Source of the DNA: a bacterium | Lineage (GTDB): Bacteria > Hinthialibacterota > Hinthialibacteria > Hinthialibacterales > Hinthialibacteraceae | Reading direction: 5' to 3' | Length of the DNA stretch: 16,727 nucleotides | Assembly (NCBI GenBank): GCA_963663405.2 | Contig: CAXXSM010000028.1 | Span: 1-16,727, forward strand | Shown: in pieces, positions 8,564 through 16,727 of the stretch | Numbering within the stretch: position 1 is the first letter of the stretch | Layout: each line of letters opens with the position of its first letter | Notes under the pieces: model-generated | What the model saw: only the letters and a program-made list of their open reading frames with translations | The model's database searches: none | What the model was told of the DNA's origin: nothing | Position numbers and translations under genes: made by a program

Positions 8564-10289
8564 CAAAATAAATATCGATATCGCCGTCTTTTCGATGTAG
8601 AAATGTAAGTCCATCATTCTCACAGATACTGTGCAACGCAAAGTCGATTCCGAAATCCGGAGGTATGTGTTTTCGTATGGCGTTCAGGAATGGATCGAAC
8701 GCGCTGCTTTGCCGGTCGAGAACATCGCTGCGATCCATAACCGTGTCGATCCGGAGCGTATACCCTTCGCCATAGCGGGGAGCGTTGAACATCTCGTTTG
8801 CGATGGATTGCACTTCCTTGTCATTTTGTTCGTGACGCAAGAAGCCAGTCGACCGGTTGGGGATTCTTTCCAACGCGATCACTACACCGCCAGCGTGGGC
8901 GTATTCCTTGATGAAACGCATTGTTTCTAGGGGAACGGACTCGACACCCGGCAAGATGAGAATCGAGTATTCCAACTCATTCAATTTGATTTTGCCTTCG
9001 CTGATAACGGCGCGGTTTTGAAGGATATCATCATTGAGTAGATCAAAATCATAACCATTGCTGATAAGGAGTTTTCCCAATTCGCCCCAATCAAATTCGC
9101 GCGTCCACATCCGGGCGTTCAAAACATCTAATGTCCATTGATTGGCGAGAGGAGAGTACACCGCGATATCGGCAGTGAAATGGCCTTTCCGTAGTAAATA
9201 CGAACATCGGGACACATAATCCGCGAGTAATGGATAGTAATCCCACCAGCAATTGGTATGAGAAATCCGCGCGGCGAATGGGATCGATCGGGAAGGCGTA
9301 ACATCCCGTTCGGGAGAGTAACTGTAACCATGATTGATAAATCGATTGGCGCCGGACCGGAAAAAATCCATCACTGACGATCTTCAGTTCTTCGAGTGTC
9401 GCGCGGTACAGTTCCCAATGAATGTAGGTATACGCTTCAACCGCCACGACATTCCGACCATACAAATGCGCGCCCGAAGCGATATATTTTTTCGGCCCGA
9501 TCCGCGTGTCAAACCAGGGCACAATATCTTTCTCCCCTGGTGTGACTTCCATCATGGGCAGCGGCGCCAAACCGGTGGATTGGATAACATCCGTTGGAAA
9601 CCCAATAGGTTCCATACTCCCCTTAATTCCATGCTTCTCACACCAACCTAGAAATGTATGGAAAAACGCCTCGAAGCCCATATGATGGAGGAGTTCACTG
9701 ACGTCATAGCGAACGTATGGAGAGAGTCCTCCCACATCCCACCAGATCGCGGGTAGATATTTCGTGAGATCGTAGCCATGATTGTTTTGAAAGTCATCTA
9801 AAAGAGAATCACTCCAGTAAATTCCATTCGGTAAATTGGCCAATTCAAAACTGTCACAATGAAACGCTTCCAGAGTCTTCCCGAATTCATCCCCAAACGC
9901 TTGAAAGAATTTGCCTCCAACATAGTCACAGTACTTTTGGACAGCGGTTCTACTGAAATGATCAAGGCTCCAGTGCTCTTCATGGCTTCGTTGGCCAGTA
10001 TTATTCAACCAGAAAGCCATCACACGCCATTTCCCTTCCGGAGCCTGCCAGGTAAGGGTGCAATCATCGCTTACACGATCGGTCAGAATCGTTAAAGAAG
10101 ATTCATCGATTGTATTTTGATTGATTCTTCCCGCAACGACAGCAATTAATTTGTCATTATCAGGTATATCTTCTACTCGTATTTCACCCCGGTGATCCGG
10201 CGCTTTTTTGAATCTAGCCCGAGTTTCCTACTTATAAAATAAAGCATTCGTATCTTAAGAATCTTCAGGATGATGTGAAGGGCAAGATC

Positions 10290-12041
10290 TTACCCTAAAT
10301 CCTGAAAATCAATTTCATCAAGAGAAAGAATGGAAATCAATTGTTGCTGTAATTCTGAGATTTTGGACAAAACTACATGCTTTCGTTCCGTTTTCTTACG
10401 ACGTGTACGGGGATATATATTAATCACCTCTCGAATCGCGTTCAATTCAGAATGAATTCTTTTGGTTGAAAGAGAAAGACCCGCTTTTCGTATTCTACAC
10501 ATCATTAGAGATCGTAATAGAATAGCAATTGTACAATAAAGAGCGTGAACTTTGATTTTCGAGTCGGTCCAATGATGCAGTGGCCACCAGCTCCCTATAT
10601 CTCGATCTTTCATATCTTTGAATACATTCTCGATGATGAACTGGCTTCGATAAGCTTCAATAATTTTTTCATCATTCCATTTTTCTCGATTCGTGATCAG
10701 AATATTTTTTCCCAAATAAGTATCCGAGATTTTATGAAGTTCTTTTGTATCGATGGAATATTCCAAGCGTGGGATATCGTCAGAACCTTGCCGGATAGTT
10801 TTTTGGATAATATCCTCAAGATACGGTCGACTTAAAATATGGTCACACTGTTTTTTCACCGATGCGACTGTAGGGGCATTCCCTCTTTTGATCACGCCAT
10901 TGACTCGATCTTCCAATTTCTGCTGCAACAATGATAGATTCTGAACCGCCTTGGTGATGTCATTCTGCAAGGTAAGCCATTGTGTGTTGAACAGATTCTC
11001 ATTGTAAGTGACCACTAAAATTCTGTCCTGGCCATAAACCTTCCTTTTCACTCGGAACGCTTTCGTTCTTTTCAGTTTTTCTGCAGAACAGGGGGCAAAA
11101 GTTGAATCCCGATTCGAGATTTGAGCAAGATCTTTGTGTTCATTGAGTTTGACGGAACCGACATAATTTAGTTCCAGAGAATCGATCAATGCGAAGTTCT
11201 TTGCTGAATTGTTTCCTTTATCGAAAATGAGAGTGGTATCGGGATCCCCTTTTGTATCAATGCCTGCAGAACATTTCTGTTCAGATATCTCATTGAGAAA
11301 ATGGCGAAATTGACGCAACATCAATGGGAATTGTTTGGCATCGTTGCGGCTTCCCTCATAGACCTCGTAAAATAGCGGCAGGTGTCCATCAGCACTGCAG
11401 AATAGAGCGTAACTAATTTGCCTGAGATTGGTACGTCCCTGTTTGTTTTTCCCCCTCTTGGCGATGTTGCAATGAGTATTAAATGTATCAATAAAGGAAT
11501 AGAAATTGGTGCCATCGTAGGATATGGAAGATAAATCAATGCTCTCACGAGTGACAACGTCAATCAAGATTTGTTGCCATATAGTCCTGGCTTTTTCTGC
11601 AGAGATTCGGTTCATGTGATCCCAAAATCGTTGCGAAGTGAGCGAGGTTTTTGATCCGTGGGGGAGATACCTTAGTAATACGGTTTGGGAAAACCAATCC
11701 CACATGGATCGTTTGCTTTTGGGGCAAATTGCCCGATTGAGTGCCGCAATCGCCAAGTATTCTCCCGTACTCATTCCCTGATTCCTTTTAGGGCATAGTT
11801 TATCTACAACCTTGATTACATTGGCCAACTGACATTCTTTCCATAATGCAGTGGGTAATCCCCATTGGAAGATTTCAGCATAGAGAGGTGTGGAGGTTTC
11901 TCCTGTAACCGCTTTAACGATTGTCTCAAGGTTCCCAAGGTATTTCTGCCATACCCGACGACATTTGCCATTCACCCATTCCCACTTGGAATAGTAATAA
12001 TAGGTTTTCCCACTAATCTTCTTGGCTTCGAGTCTCTCCAT
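10290..12041 (-). CDS. IS1634-family DDE transposase
   Basis: N-terminal KKISGKTYYY...VNGKCRRVWQKYLG, YDGTNFY, RGKNKQGRTNLRQI, FDKGNNS, YRSQFIIENVFKDMK and PLHHWTDSKIKVH. AAGGAG upstream favours ATG 12041 (583 aa) over TTG 12071. Confidence 0.88.
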   Translation of the reverse strand: MERLEAKKISGKTYYYYSKWEWVNGKCRRVWQKYLGNLETIVKAVTGETSTPLYAEIFQWGLPTALWKECQLANVIKVVDKLCPKRNQGMSTGEYLAIAALNRAICPKSKRSMWDWFSQTVLLRYLPHGSKTSLTSQRFWDHMNRISAEKARTIWQQILIDVVTRESIDLSSISYDGTNFYSFIDTFNTHCNIAKRGKNKQGRTNLRQISYALFCSADGHLPLFYEVYEGSRNDAKQFPLMLRQFRHFLNEISEQKCSAGIDTKGDPDTTLIFDKGNNSAKNFALIDSLELNYVGSVKLNEHKDLAQISNRDSTFAPCSAEKLKRTKAFRVKRKVYGQDRILVVTYNENLFNTQWLTLQNDITKAVQNLSLLQQKLEDRVNGVIKRGNAPTVASVKKQCDHILSRPYLEDIIQKTIRQGSDDIPRLEYSIDTKELHKISDTYLGKNILITNREKWNDEKIIEAYRSQFIIENVFKDMKDRDIGSWWPLHHWTDSKIKVHALYCTIAILLRSLMMCRIRKAGLSLSTKRIHSELNAIREVINIYPRTRRKKTERKHVVLSKISELQQQLISILSLDEIDFQDLG

Positions 12042-12151
12042 GGCTCTCTCCTTGTAGCGAATATTATACAAGGAGTAATTTAGGGCATAGTTATAACATT
12101 TTCAAGTATTATTTTCAGTTATTATTTTGTTTATTTTTTTAGGGCATAGTT
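11787..12151 (-). repeat. three exact 14-bp direct repeats TTTAGGGCATAGTT inside the IS1634 element
   Basis: Copies at 11787-11800, 12079-12092 and 12138-12151. Confidence 0.8.
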
Positions 12152-12773
12152 AAGAGTAGGGATATCTTGAATATTTACAACCAGTTAGGTAACATGGTTG
12201 TTTGTAACTAGGAAACTCGGGCTAGGCAGCTGAATGGTAACCGATTTCGGGCCTTGGATATTTAGAAATGTAGGAACTAAACTTTTACTGCGTTCTTCCC
12301 AAGGAAGCCAGGAACCGCCGAACGCCCATCCAGAACTGAAATTCAGATAGACTTTCATATCCAACCGTTTCGCGGTTTGGATGGCGTGTTTAACCATTTC
12401 GAGATAGCGATCGGAAAGGTATTCAATATTACCCTTTTCATACACTTTCGGCGCAGCGCTAGTGATCAACACACCGCCAATCCCTTTCTCACGCATCTGC
12501 TCCATTTCCCATGTAATCTCATCTTTGGTAACCGCATTCCCCGGCCACCACCAATAGGTATAGGGCCGGCAATCTATCGGTGGATTCATGAATTCTTCTT
12601 CCCACTGGGCCAATACTCGATCATCAGCAGTCTGCGCTGAAAAAACAAATGAGATTACAAGCGAAAAAAGGAGAAATGAAAATCGGAACAGGTTGGTTAT
12701 GCGATCGTTCGGCATGAAGTCAATCCCTTGAATGTTTTATTATTTTCTACTGGATTCTCAGTATCCATGTTCA

Positions 12774-12804
12774 ATGAATAGCCTTGAGTATGAAGGATAT
12801 TCAT
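12774..12804. promoter_or_regulatory. dyad upstream of the GH106-like gene (operator or hairpin)
   Basis: ATGAATAGCCTT-7 nt-AAGGATATTCAT, 11/12 complementary, ~60-90 nt upstream of the ATG at 12715. Confidence 0.35.
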
Positions 12805-13025
12805 GACAAGATCAAGCAAATTAAAAGGCGCGGATGGTGGAGTTTCAAAGCGAATCTTACTTATCCAGAGATTCAACTTGAATCAATTGATGCCCCAAAG
12901 AGAACATAGGATTAAGGGATTTTAGAAGGAATTAGAGGGAAATTCTTTTAATTCAAAACCTTATTATAACCTTATTAATGAATTTTGATATTTAGGAGGA
13001 AAATCCGTAAGTCGAGTTAAATCAG

Positions 13026-13101
13026 TGGCTGGGGAGGCAGGGCTCGAACCTGCAGCTTCCTGATCCAGAGTCAGGCGTCTTGCCAATTCGACCACTCCCC
13101 A
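13026..13101 (-). tRNA. tRNA-Gln (anticodon CTG)
   Basis: Reverse complement TGGGGAG...CCTGA-CTCTGGA-TCAGG...GGTTCGAGCC...CTCCCCA-G-CCA: 7-bp acceptor stem, anticodon arm, T-arm and encoded CCA; 76 nt. Confidence 0.97.
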
Positions 13102-13121
13102 GCAATATTTTCGATTTTATA

Positions 13122-13149
13122 TTTATACTTGAAAGTTTTCTTTAGTCAA
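13122..13149 (-). promoter_or_regulatory. putative sigma70 promoter of tRNA-Gln
   Basis: TTGACT (13149-13144), 16-nt spacer, TATAAA (13127-13122), about 20 nt upstream of the tRNA 5' end. Confidence 0.45.
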
Positions 13150-13316
13150 GGATGTTGGTTTTGTTTTCAGTCATTCTTTCACCTTGCATAGCGGAATGGA
13201 TGGGAGATATTGTAGGAAAAGTATAATGATGATGAGATTCCCGTTAGGGATTCTCTCTTTTTGACACGTTGAGATATATCTTTTTGATTGGATTTCCATC
13301 CTATCACCGATGATGA

Positions 13317-14827
<1,511 letters not shown>

Positions 14828-14943
14828 ATAGGATAAATTTATTCATTCAAAGCTATATCAAATCTTTTCTTTCCATACGTTCATATCGACAGACCTCTCA
14901 TAATCCAGTACGATAAATAAATAACAAAAATAAGGAGTCAATC

Positions 14944-16110
14944 ATGCAAAATTTTACTTTTTGGAATCCAACGAAAATCATTTTTGGAGAGGGAACGATT
15001 CCCCAAATAGGAGACGAGACGAAACCCTATGGAAAGAAAGTATTGTTTGTTTATGGAAAATCCAGCATTAAGAAGAATGGGGTATACGATCAGGCCATCA
15101 CTTCACTAAATCAAGCTGGTGTGGAAATTGTTGAGTTTTCTGGAGTGAAGCCGAATCCCGTCCTCTCTCATCTCCGGGAGGGGATCGCTCTAGCCAAACG
15201 CGAGCAGGTGGACGCGATTGTCGCAGTGGGGGGCGGCAGCGTATTGGATGAATCCAAAGCGCTCGCGATCGGCTCCAAAACAGAGGAAGATATTTGGGAT
15301 TTCTTTTTGGGTAAACGGGATGCCCAGGCCGCGTTGCCTTTATTGACGATCTTGACACTCGCCGCCACGGGATCCGAAATGAATTGCGGCTGTGTTATCA
15401 CCAATGAAGAAACAAAACTCAAATTCAACTGCAATTCACCGCACGTTTTCCCCAAAGTATCGATCCTGGATCCAACCACGACGTACAGCGTTCCCAAAAA
15501 CCATACAGCGTACGGCGCGGTAGACGCGATCTCCCATATTATCGAAGGGTATTTTACGTCAAAAGATCCTTGGACGCCGATTCAAGACCGGTATGTGGAA
15601 AGTTTGGTTCTATCCATCATGGAAAGCACGGACCGTATTATGGAAGATTCTTCTGATTATCAAGGCCGCGCGACAATGATGTGGGCGGCGACGCTCGCAT
15701 TGAATGGCCTTCCCATCGCTGGAATCGGTCCGGTTGGATTCCCGAACCACGCGATCGAACATTCTCTCAGCGCTCTCTACGACATCCCGCACGGCGCCGG
15801 CTTGGCGATTGTGATTCCCGGTTATATGCAGTACGTCTCCAAAAAGAATCCAACGAAATTCGCCCAATTCGCAAAACGCGTATTTCACATCGTCAAAGAA
15901 GACACGGTCGAACAAACCGCGGCGAAAGGAATCGAAGCCCTCAAAGCCTGGTTCCATAAAATCGGCGCTCCGGTCAGCCTTTCCGAAGTGAATATTCCCG
16001 CATCGGACATTGACGCCATCGCAGAAAACGCGACCAAGTTAGCCACAAAATGGGGTTTAACGGAATATACAAAAGACGTAATTGCGCAGGTGCTAACAAA
16101 CTGTGAGTAA
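14944..16110 (+). CDS. iron-containing alcohol dehydrogenase (butanol dehydrogenase BdhA/YugJ-like)
   Basis: NFTFWNPTKIIFG, AVGGGSVLD, LTLAATGSEMN, DAISH, HAIEHSLSA and PHGAGLA; AAGGAG RBS; 388 aa. Confidence 0.93.
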   Translation: MQNFTFWNPTKIIFGEGTIPQIGDETKPYGKKVLFVYGKSSIKKNGVYDQAITSLNQAGVEIVEFSGVKPNPVLSHLREGIALAKREQVDAIVAVGGGSVLDESKALAIGSKTEEDIWDFFLGKRDAQAALPLLTILTLAATGSEMNCGCVITNEETKLKFNCNSPHVFPKVSILDPTTTYSVPKNHTAYGAVDAISHIIEGYFTSKDPWTPIQDRYVESLVLSIMESTDRIMEDSSDYQGRATMMWAATLALNGLPIAGIGPVGFPNHAIEHSLSALYDIPHGAGLAIVIPGYMQYVSKKNPTKFAQFAKRVFHIVKEDTVEQTAAKGIEALKAWFHKIGAPVSLSEVNIPASDIDAIAENATKLATKWGLTEYTKDVIAQVLTNCE

Positions 16111-16160
16111 ATAATAACTATCGAATAACCACTTACAGAATCCAATAGGAGAATCCCGCC

Positions 16161-16727
16161 ATGAAATCCACTTCTATTATATGTATATGCCTTTTCATAT
16201 TATCCATCCTAATATATTTTCCTGCATTGGGGATATCAAATACAGCACAACAATTTGAGATAGCGAGAGGAGTGAATATCAGTCATTGGCTATCGCAAAG
16301 CAACCGGCGGGGAGAAGAACGACGTGCTTTCTTTACAGAAAAAGATGTTAAATATATTAAAAGTATTGGCTACGATCATATACGCCTTCCCGTCGATGAA
16401 GAACAACTCTGGGATGAGAATGGTGTCAAAGAGACCGAAGCGTTCAATCTTCTCCATAATGCTATACAGTGGTGCCAAAAACACAATCTCCGGGTGATTG
16501 TCGATCTGCACATTCTCCGTTCTCATCATTTCAATAAGAAAGAGAAGCCGCTATGGATAGATCCTAAAGCCCAAGAACAATTTATTCAGTTGTGGAGAGA
16601 TTTATCCACAGAACTCAAACACTATCCACTTGATTTAACCGCCTATGAATTAATGAATGAACCGGTCGCTGACGATCCAGAAGATTGGAATAACCTGGTG
16701 GCGAAGGCGGTTAAAGCCGTCCGGGAA
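16161..16727 (+). CDS. glycoside hydrolase family 5 (cellulase-like), 5' partial, not in the ORF track
   Basis: AGGAG then ATG 16161; signal-peptide-like MKSTSIICICLFILSILIYFPALG, RGVNISHWLSQ, GYDHIRLPVD, VIVDLH and YELMNEP (acid/base motif); runs off the window. Confidence 0.9.
   Translation, partial: MKSTSIICICLFILSILIYFPALGISNTAQQFEIARGVNISHWLSQSNRRGEERRAFFTEKDVKYIKSIGYDHIRLPVDEEQLWDENGVKETEAFNLLHNAIQWCQKHNLRVIVDLHILRSHHFNKKEKPLWIDPKAQEQFIQLWRDLSTELKHYPLDLTAYELMNEPVADDPEDWNNLVAKAVKAVRE

Larger units (their letters stand above)
10218..12221 (-). mobile_element. IS1634-family insertion sequence (~2004 bp)
   Basis: Terminal IRs CCCGAGTTTCCTA.TTA.AAA (10218-10238 and 12201-12221, 19/21); CTAG at 10214-10217 and 12222-12225; removal restores the glycosidase frame. 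Confidence 0.9.
5717..12715 (-). pseudogene. GH106-like (alpha-L-rhamnosidase-type) glycoside hydrolase, disrupted by three insertions
   Basis: Signal-peptide-like N-terminus and FMNPP..RPYTYWWWPGN..GIGG..SSGWAFGG, then FHCDSFE, SGAHLYG, VEAYT and YSRC-like motifs. Segments 12222-12715, 8564-10213 and 5717-6600 rejoin in frame (TIQLP/RFKK; IYFVSN/IQDKPS) to ~1008 aa after one +1 correction in the A6 run at 9361-9366. Confidence 0.85.

Overview
The window has three parts. (1) 500-5600 looks like a mobile-element module on the + strand: a frameshift-broken ~820-aa TrwB/VirD4/HerA-like ATPase, a coupled unknown protein, an AEP primase-polymerase with a Cys-rich C-terminal domain, a small unknown ORF, a ~190-nt multi-hairpin non-coding segment and an excisionase-like HTH gene. 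Both apparent operons are preceded by the same 40-bp box. No integrase, relaxase or conventional helicase is visible in the window. (2) 5717-12715 is a minus-strand GH106-like glycoside hydrolase (~1008 aa when reconstructed) interrupted by an IS1634-family element (10218-12221), an IS1380-family element (6601-8358) and an adjacent unannotated 200-bp MITE-like insertion. (3) The remainder looks like ordinary chromosome: tRNA-Gln(CTG), glpK, an iron-containing alcohol dehydrogenase and the 5' part of a GH5 gene. Nearly all frameshifts resolve as single-base insertions and may be sequencing errors. All family calls come from motif recognition by eye; no searches were run.
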